DNA of 64,000 nt. It comes from an uncultured delta proteobacterium. GTDB taxonomy: Bacteria; Desulfobacterota; Zymogenia; Zymogenales; Zymogenaceae. Positions 31,778 to 41,502 of the stretch are shown in pieces. The notes under the pieces are model-generated. The model made no database searches. It was not told the DNA's origin and saw nothing but the letters and a program-made list of their open reading frames with translations. Positions within the stretch are counted from its first letter, which is position 1. The number at the start of each line of letters is the position of its first letter. Location: NCBI GenBank assembly GCA_963792965.1, contig CAWBYW010000006.1, positions 18,212 through 82,211 on the forward strand. The letters are read 5' to 3'. The position numbers were made by a program, and so were the translations under genes.

Positions 31778-32390
31778 TCATGACTCCGGCCGGACCTCGT
31801 AACGGCAGGTGGCGTCTCCTTTCGCTTTGCACGCGGTCTCAACCGACCTCATCCCACCGATCCCGGCCCACACGATCATGTCGTCCAGAAATCCGCTCAC
31901 GATCGCGCAGACCGGCTTTTTGCTCTCGATTTTGAAGCAGTTTGAACAGTCGGGGTTGTCGTAGACGATCACGCCGTTCTCCCTGAAGACCTTCCCCCTT
32001 CCCGAGATCACGGTATAGAGCTCGACCGCTTTGAAGAGTCGCTCTTCGGGCGGCAGGTCTTTGTAGGCGTCGAAGAGCCCCAGCCCCGTCGTCTGCTTCG
32101 CGATGGCCTTGCCGATCAGCCGGAAAGACCGACTTCGCGCCGGAAACACCGAGCAGATCGTAATAGCTGATGATGATCTTCGTATATTCATCGGCGGTAT
32201 AGTTTTTCTCGTAGTCGTAGCCCGGCTTGTTCTCGATGAGGTACGACATCTTGGCAAAGTTCAAGAGGGCTTTCAGCCCATTGGTCCCGAGCACCTCTTC
32301 GGTCGCGTCCATGACGATCCTGATCACGCCGTTGGCGACCGTCTTTTCCGCGTCGGGCTCCCGGCTGTTGACGTTGACCTTCTCTCCCAT
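31778..32390 (-). CDS. Stand-alone V4R (4-vinyl reductase) domain protein (frameshift near 32130)
   Basis: EEVLGTNGLKALL N-terminus; C-terminal CSNC...PVCAIVSGFL...VETACKAKGDATCRYEV. Confidence 0.8.
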
Positions 32391-32618
32391 GGCCCCCTCC
32401 CCTATTTGTACATTGTATACAATTATTATATCACGGTAGGCTACTCCACAGACAAAAAAAGCGGGAAGCGCTGCCGTGCGATACGGTCCGCGTGCCGACC
32501 GTCGCGTGCCCATTTACTATAAAAATAGTAGATTTTAATCGCCTGGCCTGATCCTTGTTCGAAAAGCCGCATCTAAAGAAACAGGTAACATTATTAATGA
32601 AGAAAGGAGACGACTACC

Positions 32619-33578
32619 ATGGCAAGAACATATCCACACGGGACGGGACCGGTTAAACTGGTCTCGGGTGACTGGCTGGCGAGCCATCTGAAAGACGAAA
32701 AACTCGTAATCCTGGACGTCCAGCCCAATATTCATGACTATATCCTTGAGCATATCCCGGGCGCCATCTACCTCAACGAGGGGCTCTTCCGCACCTACGA
32801 GGGGTTTCTGCCCACCGTCTGGGTGAGGCCCGAGATTCTCAAGTCGGTCCTCGGCAACGCGGGGATCACACGCTCTACCCCGGTGGTTGTATACACGGGA
32901 GTCGGGCAGTTCAAGAAGTGGGGCGACGGCCTGGAGCAGACGATGGTCGCCTATACCCTGGCCCGGTTCGGCGTCAAGACCGTTTACGTGCTTGACGGCG
33001 GGCTGGATCAGTGGAAGAAAGAGGGAAGGCGGCTCTCCCAGGGCTATCCGACCGTAAAGAAGGCGAGGTTCAGACCATCTATCCGGGAGGATTTCTACGT
33101 CACCTACGAGGAGTTCCTGAAGCTCAAAGATCGTAAAGACGTGATGGTGCTGGACGCGCGTCCCATCGCCTTCTACGAAGGACAGGGCCCGTGGCCCATG
33201 CCCGGCCACATTCCCGGGGCGATCAGCCTCCCGTGGGCAAGCCTGATGGACGATACCAATAAGTCGTTGTTGAAGCCCGAAAAGGAAGTCGCCGAAATTC
33301 TCAGACGACACCACGTCACTCCCGATAAGACGATCATCTGCACCTGCGGCACCGGGAGGGAGGCGACCAACGAGTTCCTCCTGCTTGCGGGCTACCTCGG
33401 GTATAAGAAGGTCAAGCTGTATGAGGGGAGCTTTACCGAGTGGGTTCAGATACCCGGAAACAGGACCGTAAAGGGAAGCGATCCGCGACGGGAGCCGATA
33501 CCGGAACAGAGGACGACGAGAGCGGCGGCCAAGGGACGTACGGAGCATGGTACCAGGAAGGTACGGAGAGCCGCGTAG
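32619..33578 (+). CDS. Two-domain rhodanese/sulfurtransferase
   Basis: HIPGA twice, VLDGG, active loop CGTGREA, LYEGSFTEW. Confidence 0.92.
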   Translation: MARTYPHGTGPVKLVSGDWLASHLKDEKLVILDVQPNIHDYILEHIPGAIYLNEGLFRTYEGFLPTVWVRPEILKSVLGNAGITRSTPVVVYTGVGQFKKWGDGLEQTMVAYTLARFGVKTVYVLDGGLDQWKKEGRRLSQGYPTVKKARFRPSIREDFYVTYEEFLKLKDRKDVMVLDARPIAFYEGQGPWPMPGHIPGAISLPWASLMDDTNKSLLKPEKEVAEILRRHHVTPDKTIICTCGTGREATNEFLLLAGYLGYKKVKLYEGSFTEWVQIPGNRTVKGSDPRREPIPEQRTTRAAAKGRTEHGTRKVRRAA

Positions 33579-33614
33579 GCGTAGACGTGCGCGGCGCGGC
33601 GGTCGCGACAGTTA

Positions 33615-33695
33615 CCCCAAAACGACGAAAGCCCCGCCTTCCGGGAGCGCATCAAGATGTGCGGTCCGGCCGGTAGGGCTTTCGCCTCTGTGGGG
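33615..33695. other. Long imperfect hairpin between convergent genes
   Basis: Nested arms CCCCA/TGGGG, CGAAAGCCC/GGGCTTTCG, CCGG/CCGG, GCGCATC/GATGTGC. Confidence 0.55.
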
Positions 33696-33744
33696 AGTTG
33701 CCTGGCGTCTGAACCCGAGAAACGGAGTTTTTTCGGGACGAGGC

Positions 33745-34545
33745 TCAGGCTATTTTCTTGCCCGCCAGCGGCGGCGAGGAGCTGAAAGCCTCGGTGAGGA
33801 CGATTCTCCCGAACTTTCCGTCAAACGAGTCCACCGTGCCTTTCACCTGGTAGGCGATCGGGTCCATCGTGAGCACCATGACCGCCACGTGTTGTCCGTT
33901 TTTCAAACGAGTCAGATCCGTGTTGTAGCTCGAAACGGAGAACGCCAGTGATTTCCTGTCGATAGGGTAGACCGACATCGCCGGTGAGATGAAGGGATAC
34001 TCCTCCTTTTCCGGCACGTAGGCAATGGCCTTGATGGCCTGCATCTGGTCGTATTTCTTCTTGACGGTCAGCGGGATCTCGACCCCGCCGTTCTCCTTGA
34101 ATCGGCGCATCTTCGCCTTAACGGAGACGAGGTCCTTGACAATCCCAAGCTTTCCCACCTGACCCGGCTGGAAACAACGCCTGATGGTGACCGATCCGGC
34201 CTTCCTGATCTTCGTATACGCGTTGTAGCGGAACATGTCGCTGTAGCAGATCTTATCGAAGTAAGGCCCCTTGTTGACCCAGTCGTCGTTGAAGTCTCCG
34301 ATCGTCTGGGCAAACGCAAGACCGAGATTTACGGCCAGCATTCCGACTTTCTTGTTGTGTTTCAGGTTCTCCTGGGTCTTGACCATCAAAAACTCGCCGA
34401 AGATGAGGAAATCCGATTCCGGCTTCCAGGTGTCGATGGAGGCGATAAAGGCGATGTTGGGTTTCCCCTGGCGGTCGACCGTCGCCATGAATTTGGCGAT
34501 CATCGGCTCCGAATAGATGTCATACGTTTCTTTCGGCAACGCCAT
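33745..34545 (-). CDS. Tandem pyridoxamine-5'-phosphate-oxidase-like (FMN split-barrel) protein
   Basis: FMATVDRQGKPN...KTQENLKHNKKV in the first half; a second barrel ends AYQVKGTV. Confidence 0.75.
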   Translation of the reverse strand: MALPKETYDIYSEPMIAKFMATVDRQGKPNIAFIASIDTWKPESDFLIFGEFLMVKTQENLKHNKKVGMLAVNLGLAFAQTIGDFNDDWVNKGPYFDKICYSDMFRYNAYTKIRKAGSVTIRRCFQPGQVGKLGIVKDLVSVKAKMRRFKENGGVEIPLTVKKKYDQMQAIKAIAYVPEKEEYPFISPAMSVYPIDRKSLAFSVSSYNTDLTRLKNGQHVAVMVLTMDPIAYQVKGTVDSFDGKFGRIVLTEAFSSSPPLAGKKIA

Positions 34546-34587
34546 ATAAGTCCTCCCCGTCTATAATCTATAATATAAATAGGTACG

Positions 34588-35517
34588 TTATTGCTCAATC
34601 CTGGTCGCTCCCGACCAATGGACGTCGGGTACATTTTCTTTCCGGGCTATCGCGGCCAGCCGCTCCATTCGTTCCTTCGGGATCAGCGGCGCCTTCTCGA
34701 GGGCAAACACCTTATCCAGCCGCGTGTACTTGCTTCCGCACAGGTTGTTGAAGGCTAATAGCTCGTAGCGCACCACGGCCGGCATTCGCTCCTTTATGAA
34801 ACGCGAAATCGCGCGGATGTTATCCTCGTCGTCGGTATAGCCGGGTATGATCGGCGTGCGCACCCAGATGGGAATAGGCCCCTTCCCGAAGGCCTCGGCG
34901 TTGGCGTGGATATTCTTGGTTCCCATACCGGCGGCTTTCCGGTGTCGTCCGTCGTCCATCACCTTGAGGTCAAAAAGGATCAAATCGGTATAGGGCAACA
35001 TTCGCGCGTAGGCCTTCGGGGCAAACGCCCCACAGGTGTCGATCGCCGTGGCTATCCCTGCTTCCTTACAGAGGCGCAAGAGCTCCGAGGCGGCCTCCGG
35101 CTGCATCGCGGAGTCTCCCCCGCCCAGCGTCACCCCGCCGCCGGAATTACGATAGAAGGCCTCGTCCTTTTTCACTTCGTCAAAGAGCTGCTCGGGTGTA
35201 TAGCTTTTCCCGATGACTTCCAGGGCGGCGGCCGGGCACGCGTCTTCGCACTTGCCGCAGGCGGTGCACTTTCCCCGGTCGATCTTTATGCCGTCGGGCG
35301 TCAGCGTCAGCGCGTCCTCGGGGCAGACCTCGATGCAGTCCTTGGCCCCGATGCAGCGGACGTCGTACCACATCAGCTCGGGTTTCGGTGATATCCCCTC
35401 GGGGTTGTGGCACCACACACACGAGAGGGGACAGCCCTTGAAAAATACCGTCGTCCTGATTCCCGGGCCGTCCTCCGTGGAAAAACGCTGGATGTTGAAG
35501 ACTATCGCGTGCGTCAC
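34588..35517 (-). CDS. Glycyl-radical enzyme activating protein
   Basis: IQRFSTEDGPGIRTTVFFKGCPLSCVWCHNPE plus a ferredoxin insert (CTACGKCEDAC). Confidence 0.96.
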   Translation of the reverse strand: MTHAIVFNIQRFSTEDGPGIRTTVFFKGCPLSCVWCHNPEGISPKPELMWYDVRCIGAKDCIEVCPEDALTLTPDGIKIDRGKCTACGKCEDACPAAALEVIGKSYTPEQLFDEVKKDEAFYRNSGGGVTLGGGDSAMQPEAASELLRLCKEAGIATAIDTCGAFAPKAYARMLPYTDLILFDLKVMDDGRHRKAAGMGTKNIHANAEAFGKGPIPIWVRTPIIPGYTDDEDNIRAISRFIKERMPAVVRYELLAFNNLCGSKYTRLDKVFALEKAPLIPKERMERLAAIARKENVPDVHWSGATRIEQ

Positions 35518-35523
35518 CGTTCT

Positions 35524-37926
35524 CTACAGCTCCTTGGCGACGCGCGAGATGATCTCGTCCTGGATCTCCCGCCCGATCGAAACGAAATAGGCGTTGTAGC
35601 CGGTGACGCGGACGATCAGGTTCTTATAGTCGTCCGGGTTGGCCTGGGCCTTCTTGAGCGTCTCGGAATCGATCACATTAATCTGCAGGGCCGTCCCGCC
35701 CTTCTCGTTATAGGTCCTCAGAAACGACATCAGCTTATCGGTCCGCTCTTTATCCTTGACCAGAGAGGGCGAGAAACTGATGGTGTGCGAGTCGCCGTTG
35801 GGTGCGGTTTCAAGGCCCAGCTTGCCGACGCTCATGGTGACGGCCGTCGGGCCCTTCGTGTCCGTGCCGTTGACCGGGCAAACGCCGTTTGAAAGGTACG
35901 TGCCGCGCTTGCGCCCGTCAGGGGTGGCCGCGGTCAGGGGGGCGTAAGAGATCCAGTAGTTCCAGGAGAGATAGCCCCCGCGGTATTTACGGCCCGTGGC
36001 GGGAGAGGTGTATTTTGTCGCCTCGGTGCTCCAGTATTGCGAGACCTCCTTGGCAATGGAGTCCGCATAGTCGTCGTCGTTGCCGTACTTCGGGGCCTTG
36101 TTAATCAGGGTCTGGCGCAGCTTCTCGTGTCCTTCGAAGTTGTCCTTTATCGCGGTCAAGAGCTCGTCCATCGTGATGCGCTTATCGTCGTAGATGAGTT
36201 TCTTTACGGCCACCAGCGAATCGACCGCCGTGGCAAGGGCGATTCCCTCAACGGTGATGTAGTTGTGTTCCGTGCCGCCCTGGTTGACGTCCTTGCCCTT
36301 CTTTTCGCACCCGTCCATCAGGGTGGAGAGATAGACGGTGGGCTGGTATTTCGCGCGGGACTCGTCGGAGATATTATAGACTTCGATCAGCTGCCTCAGT
36401 ATTGAGGAGAGCTGTACTTTGAAGGCCGCCATGAATTGGTCGAAGTTCTTGAACTTACGGGGATCGCCCGTCTTGGGGCCCCCGCGCTCGCCCGTCTTCA
36501 TGTCTCTGCCGTTGTTGAGGGTAAGCTCTACGGCCTTGGCGATGTTGAGGTTCACGTCGACGGTGCCCGAGCGGTCGTTGCCCTGGAGCGTGTTTTCCAG
36601 ACACCCGACCGGGGCGTAGTCCCACAGCTTGTCTTCCGGCAGCCCCTGCCACTTGAGGGCACGCATGGAGTTCTCATCGAAGTTGATGAGAAACGGAGAT
36701 CCCTGGGCCTCGATAACGAGCTCCGCGATCCGCCGCAGGAACTTGTCCGGGGTCTTGGCGTGTATGCGGACGTTCGGCTTTGGCTCGAGCAGGTTCATCT
36801 CTTCTATGACGTCCATCATCAGCCAGGTCAGGTCGTTGGAGGCGTCCTCTTTCTTTTCGTTGATGCCGCCCAGCGTGATGAGCTGCCCGAAGGATGCCGA
36901 TATCCCCTGGTTTTCTCCGATCCGGCCCTGGAAATCGTAGACGTAGTTGCACTTGACCCAGAAGCAGTCGAGGAGCTCTTTGGCCCAGTCGCGGGTGAGC
37001 TTTTTGGAATCAATGTCCTTCTTGTAGTACGGGAAGAGATACTGGTCGATGCGGCCGGGGGAGAGCCCCGGGCCGGGATACGACTCGTCCGTCATGACCA
37101 GCATATGGGTCATCCAGAGGGACTGGAGCGCCTCGTAGAAAGACCCCGCCGGCTCCCACGGAACCTTTCGGGCGATTCGGGCGATCTCGACGAGCTCATC
37201 CTTACGCTTCTTGTCCTTTGTCGCCGCAGCTTCTTTCTCGGCGGCCTCGGCGTACCGAAGCGAAAGGATGCGCGGTACCTCGGCGGCGATGATCATTGCC
37301 TCCAGATAGTCGATCTTCGCCTTATCGCGCGTGCCGGCAATCTCCGCCTTATAATCCGCGATAAGACCCTTGAAACCTTTCTTGAGGACCTTGGGATAGT
37401 CCGGGATCAGGTGCCCCGGCGCGACGGCGGCGTTTCCGAGGCCCAGGCCGGTGACACGCTTGGCCGCTTTCCACCAGGCGTCGTTGAGTTTCTGCGCCTT
37501 CTTGGCCTCGGCCTTCGTATGGGAGCGTGAAAGCGCGGTGTTGAACTGGCCGCCGACAATCAGCTCGCCCTCGAGGATCTGTACGGGAAGGTATTTTTCA
37601 ACGACGATCTTGAGGAATGTCGCCCGCCGTTTGGCCAGGGACATCTCGTAGAATCCCTCGGGGACATCTACCTTCTCGGCACATGCCAAGAGGCTGTCGG
37701 AAAAGCCGGGCAGGAAGGGGTAAACGTCCGGCACCACCCCGAACGTATGGTAAGGAAATACGACATCCCATTCGGTCCCGGTGGTAAGGGGCATAACCTC
37801 ATTCTGGAAATAAGGACGCCCGTTGAAATTAAAATACTCGTCCCTGAGCCGTTTTACCCGCCCCGAGAGTTTTTCTGAAGGTGACCAGATCTGGTCTTTA
37901 GTTACCGCACATGACCCTTGTGCCAT
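35524..37926 (-). CDS. Glycyl-radical enzyme of unknown substrate
   Basis: 800 aa; GRIDQY, Cys loop VGCLEN, APKYGNDD, ATPDGR, glycyl loop LIVRVTGY. Confidence 0.95.
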   Translation of the reverse strand: MAQGSCAVTKDQIWSPSEKLSGRVKRLRDEYFNFNGRPYFQNEVMPLTTGTEWDVVFPYHTFGVVPDVYPFLPGFSDSLLACAEKVDVPEGFYEMSLAKRRATFLKIVVEKYLPVQILEGELIVGGQFNTALSRSHTKAEAKKAQKLNDAWWKAAKRVTGLGLGNAAVAPGHLIPDYPKVLKKGFKGLIADYKAEIAGTRDKAKIDYLEAMIIAAEVPRILSLRYAEAAEKEAAATKDKKRKDELVEIARIARKVPWEPAGSFYEALQSLWMTHMLVMTDESYPGPGLSPGRIDQYLFPYYKKDIDSKKLTRDWAKELLDCFWVKCNYVYDFQGRIGENQGISASFGQLITLGGINEKKEDASNDLTWLMMDVIEEMNLLEPKPNVRIHAKTPDKFLRRIAELVIEAQGSPFLINFDENSMRALKWQGLPEDKLWDYAPVGCLENTLQGNDRSGTVDVNLNIAKAVELTLNNGRDMKTGERGGPKTGDPRKFKNFDQFMAAFKVQLSSILRQLIEVYNISDESRAKYQPTVYLSTLMDGCEKKGKDVNQGGTEHNYITVEGIALATAVDSLVAVKKLIYDDKRITMDELLTAIKDNFEGHEKLRQTLINKAPKYGNDDDYADSIAKEVSQYWSTEATKYTSPATGRKYRGGYLSWNYWISYAPLTAATPDGRKRGTYLSNGVCPVNGTDTKGPTAVTMSVGKLGLETAPNGDSHTISFSPSLVKDKERTDKLMSFLRTYNEKGGTALQINVIDSETLKKAQANPDDYKNLIVRVTGYNAYFVSIGREIQDEIISRVAKEL

Positions 37927-37988
37927 GGCTCCCTCCTCTATCGCGTGGTTTTCCGGATTGTTTAAATTACGACAAATATACTATAGAT

Positions 37989-38017
37989 ATCATACCTCAA
38001 AAGCGCACGATTTGCAA
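37989..38017 (-). promoter_or_regulatory. Putative sigma-70 promoter of the GRE operon
   Basis: TTGCAA-17 bp-TATGAT. Confidence 0.5.
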
Positions 38018-38110
38018 CGACATTTTCAGGGCTTATTTCCCTTTTTCATTGTGTTTGTCTATGATAGAATAACGCGCGTTATCTTTCAACAGAAAAAGGT
38101 TCCCAAACCC

Positions 38111-38656
38111 GTGGAAACGAAAAAAGACTTCAAGAATGTAAGGGTCATGGTGGAAGTGGCGCTTGCCGCGGCGCTGGCCGTGGTGCTCTCTATGCTCAAG
38201 CTCTATACCCTCCCCCAGGGCGGATCGCTGTCGCTGGAGATGATCCCGGTCTTCTACGTGGCGATCAAGCGGGGAGGTACGCTCGGATGCCTCACGGGCC
38301 TCCTGATGGGGTTGGGACAGCTCCTTTTCGGGGCTTACATCGTCCATCCCGTACAGCTGGTCCTGGATTATCCCGTGGCGTTTGCCCTCCTCGGGGTGGC
38401 GGGTTTTATGAGAAGCACCCCGCTGGTCGGCGTCGTCATAGGGTGCACCCTCAGGTTCCTTGCCCATTTTGCCTCCGGAATTATCTTTTTTGGCCAGTAC
38501 GCCCCCGAGGGGATGAACGTCTGGGTCTACTCGGCGGTATATAACGCGAGCTACATGCTCCCGGAGACAGCGATCACCCTGGTCGTCATCGCGTTGATCC
38601 TTACGCGTGAGAAAACGATCGCTCAGGGGAGGAACGCCCCGCCGCCCGCAAAGTGA
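38111..38656 (+). CDS. thiT: Energy-coupled thiamine transporter S-component
   Basis: LPQGGSLSLEM, HPVQLVLDYP, HFASGIIFFGQYAPEG, YSAVYNASY. Confidence 0.92.
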   Translation: METKKDFKNVRVMVEVALAAALAVVLSMLKLYTLPQGGSLSLEMIPVFYVAIKRGGTLGCLTGLLMGLGQLLFGAYIVHPVQLVLDYPVAFALLGVAGFMRSTPLVGVVIGCTLRFLAHFASGIIFFGQYAPEGMNVWVYSAVYNASYMLPETAITLVVIALILTREKTIAQGRNAPPPAK

Positions 38657-38774
38657 ACCGGACGAGCACCGGTGCGGCCTCTGCCAAGTGGGGAGTTTGC
38701 CTGTCTATAAAGGGAGCCGGGCGAGGCATAAGCGTCTACCTCGTGTTCCTTCTGCGCTCGCCCGGTCAACGTAG

Positions 38775-39425
38775 GTGGTTATGATCTGCGTAGTCTTTTC
38801 GGGGGGGACATACCGAAACCCTGAATTCTATCGGGACTTTCTGAAAGACGCGGACCTCGTCATCGCGGCCGACAGCGGGGGCGACCTCCTGTTGTCGCTC
38901 GGTACCGTCCCGCACATCCTGATCGGTGACATGGATTCGATCGGACGCACCACGCTTTCCGACTTCAAGAAGAAAGGGGCCGAAATCGTAGAGCTCTCCC
39001 CCGAGAAGGACTTCACCGATACCGAGATGGCCGTCCGCCTCGCGATCGAGCGCGGTGCCCGCGAGATCGTTCTCCTCGGCGCGATCGGGGGCCGTATCGA
39101 CCACACGCTTGCCAATCTGTCCCTGTTGATCTTTGCCTCGGGCCGGGGGGTGCGTCTCCGGATGATCGACGAAGATCAGGAGGCATATCTCCTGACGCCT
39201 GCAATCAGGAACCACATTCCGGGTGCCGTTGGCGACACCGTCTCCCTCATATCTTTGGCCGATCGGACGACGGGGACCACGACCCACGACCTCAAGTACC
39301 CGCTCAGTGCCGCCTCGCTCGCGCTCATGTCCCCACTCGGGGTAAGCAACGAGATATCCGGCCCCGAGCCCTGGGTCGAGTTTGCCGAGGGGCGGCTGCT
39401 TCTCATCAGGGTAAGGAATCCCTAA
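38775..39425 (+). CDS. thiN: Thiamine pyrophosphokinase
   Basis: IAADSG, IGDMDS, EKDFTD, GGRIDHTLAN, LKYPL, GVSNE. Confidence 0.95.
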   Translation: MVMICVVFSGGTYRNPEFYRDFLKDADLVIAADSGGDLLLSLGTVPHILIGDMDSIGRTTLSDFKKKGAEIVELSPEKDFTDTEMAVRLAIERGAREIVLLGAIGGRIDHTLANLSLLIFASGRGVRLRMIDEDQEAYLLTPAIRNHIPGAVGDTVSLISLADRTTGTTTHDLKYPLSAASLALMSPLGVSNEISGPEPWVEFAEGRLLLIRVRNP

Positions 39426-39480
39426 GGCGAGTTGCGGAGAGCCTTTCGGTTACTCCGGCCCTATTACTCCAAAATGAGAC

Positions 39481-39500
39481 GGGCGCCGTATACGGCGCCC
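39481..39500. terminator. Perfect 20-bp palindrome between convergent genes (possible terminator)
   Basis: GGGCGCCGTATACGGCGCCC; no clear T-tract. Confidence 0.4.
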
Positions 39501-39595
39501 CCAAGACTCCCTGTGAGAAAATCAGATGAGTAAACACGGGGCGTCGCGCGTCACGGCCGCGGTCGCAGCGCCGGAGGGAAGATTGTGCGGCGTCT

Positions 39596-40483
39596 TTACT
39601 TACTGGCCTTCTCGATTGCCGCCCGGATGGCCGGCAGGGCCTTTATCGCCGCCTTTTCCCCCTCGTTAATCAGGTAGGTCTTCTTATCAAAATCGATCAG
39701 CCCAACGCCCGAGACGTTCGGTTTGATGACGACGTCGGCGTCCCTGAGCTGGTACTTGCTGATCTCGTTTCCCATGATGTTAAACGTCTGCATGATCACG
39801 TCGATAACGTTGGTCACGTCGTAGTTGGTCATTGACGACGACACATCCACGGCGATAACGACGTCGGCCCCCATGTCACGCGCCACATCGACCGGGACGT
39901 TGTCTACCACCCCACCGTCCACGAGTATCCTTCCCCCGATGACGAGCGGCTTGAAGATTCCCGGAATCGAGGTCGAGGCCCGCACCGCCGTCGAGATCGA
40001 TCCGGTCTTGAAGACGACTTTATTTCCGGTATTGAGGTCCGTCGCGACGGCTGCAAAGCGGATCTTGAGATCCTCGATGTTCTTGACGGTTACACGGCTG
40101 TTTAAGAAGCGAACGATGCTCTCCCCCTTGACGACACCCACCAGGAAGTTGGGGAGGGAGAAATCGAAGATATCTTCTTCCCTCATCCCCCAGGTGGCTC
40201 TCTCCAGCTTGTCCGCGTTGCCGTAAAAGGCATACATCGCCCCCGTGAGGCTGCCCGCGCTCGTCCCGACGATAATGTCGATCGGAATCCTTTCTCTCTC
40301 AAGCACCTTGATGACGCCGATGTGTGCAAAACCCCGTGACGCCCCGCCCGACAGCACCAGGCCGATCTTGGGCCTCGGCTTTTGCACCACCGGCGCAGGA
40401 ACCTTATGGGGGCAGCCGAAGAGCGAGAAAGAGACCGCGAGGATCAAAGATGAGACAAGGAACCGATGAAAAGTCCTTCTCAT
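39596..40483 (-). CDS. Patatin-like phospholipase lipoprotein
   Basis: Lipobox LFGC; GGASRG, GTSAG, DGG motifs. Confidence 0.93.
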   Translation of the reverse strand: MRRTFHRFLVSSLILAVSFSLFGCPHKVPAPVVQKPRPKIGLVLSGGASRGFAHIGVIKVLERERIPIDIIVGTSAGSLTGAMYAFYGNADKLERATWGMREEDIFDFSLPNFLVGVVKGESIVRFLNSRVTVKNIEDLKIRFAAVATDLNTGNKVVFKTGSISTAVRASTSIPGIFKPLVIGGRILVDGGVVDNVPVDVARDMGADVVIAVDVSSSMTNYDVTNVIDVIMQTFNIMGNEISKYQLRDADVVIKPNVSGVGLIDFDKKTYLINEGEKAAIKALPAIRAAIEKASK

Positions 40484-40562
40484 GAATAGGCCTCCATGGG
40501 AAAGACTATATCACAGATAGGTCCGAAAGTTAAGGACGATCGAAAAAAACCTTGCGAATATC

Positions 40563-41501
40563 ATGCCTTTCATTTATCCTTTCGATATGGAAGACGATGC
40601 GCCGAGCCCTTCATACCGTGCGCTCTTGTCAACGGGGGAGTTGGAGCGACGCGCAGACCTCCTTGAAGAAATTCTCGGGGAGTGCCGCCTCTGTCCCCGA
40701 ATGTGCGGGGCCGACCGCGTCGAGGGGAAGGTCGGGACCTGCCGGGCGGGCCCCCTCCCCATGGTCTCGTCGGCCTTTCCCCATTTCGGGGAGGAGCCGC
40801 CGCTCGTCGGGAGCCGCGGGTCCGGCACAATCTTCATGACCCACTGCAACCTCCGCTGTGTCTTCTGTCAGAATGACGACATCAGCCACGGCGGGCGGGG
40901 AAGTGTCGTGGACGCCGAGGGGCTGGCGCGCTGTATGATCGGACTGCAGAGGCAGGGATGCCACAACATAAACTTCGTAACGCCGACCCATTATGTACCC
41001 CAGATCGTTCGCGCGCTGGCGAGCGCCGCACGTCAGGGGCTGGAAGTTCCCCTGGTCTACAACACCGGCGGGTATGATTCGATCGAGGTGATCCGGCTTC
41101 TGTCCGGGGTCTTCGATATCTACATGCCCGATTATAAGTTTGCCGACGGCGCGCCGGCCGAAAAATATATGAACGCCCCGGACTACCCGGAGGTGGTCAG
41201 AAGCGTCCTTTCCGAGATGCACCGGCAGGTCGGAGTGCTCAAGACGGACGAACACGGCATCGCCTACCGGGGCCTCCTGATCCGCCACCTCGTGATGCCC
41301 GAACGTCTTTCGGGGACGGAGAAAGCGATGCAGTTTATCGGCGAAACACTCTCGCGCGACTCCTACGTCAACATCATGGACCAGTACCGGCCCGAGCATC
41401 GTGCGCACGACTACCCCGAGCTTGCGCGGCGCGTAACCGCACGCGAGTTCGACGAAGCGGTCCGCTACGCCCGGGCGGCCGGGCTCTCGCGGGGTTTTTG
41501 A
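40563..41501 (+). CDS. pflX: PflX-like radical SAM protein
   Basis: CRLCPRMC, HFGEEPPL, CNLRCVFCQN, NINFVTPTH, RHLVMP. Confidence 0.88.
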   Translation: MPFIYPFDMEDDAPSPSYRALLSTGELERRADLLEEILGECRLCPRMCGADRVEGKVGTCRAGPLPMVSSAFPHFGEEPPLVGSRGSGTIFMTHCNLRCVFCQNDDISHGGRGSVVDAEGLARCMIGLQRQGCHNINFVTPTHYVPQIVRALASAARQGLEVPLVYNTGGYDSIEVIRLLSGVFDIYMPDYKFADGAPAEKYMNAPDYPEVVRSVLSEMHRQVGVLKTDEHGIAYRGLLIRHLVMPERLSGTEKAMQFIGETLSRDSYVNIMDQYRPEHRAHDYPELARRVTAREFDEAVRYARAAGLSRGF

Positions 41502-41502
41502 G

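Noticed and set aside
35524-37926. Calling the GRE pyruvate formate-lyase (pflB)
   Set aside because: It has a single-Cys GCLE loop instead of adjacent CC, and its activase carries a ferredoxin insert.
33745-39425. Functional link between the GRE operon and thiT-thiN (thiamine degradation)
   Set aside because: Only divergent adjacency supports it, and I see no shared operator; it would need conserved synteny.
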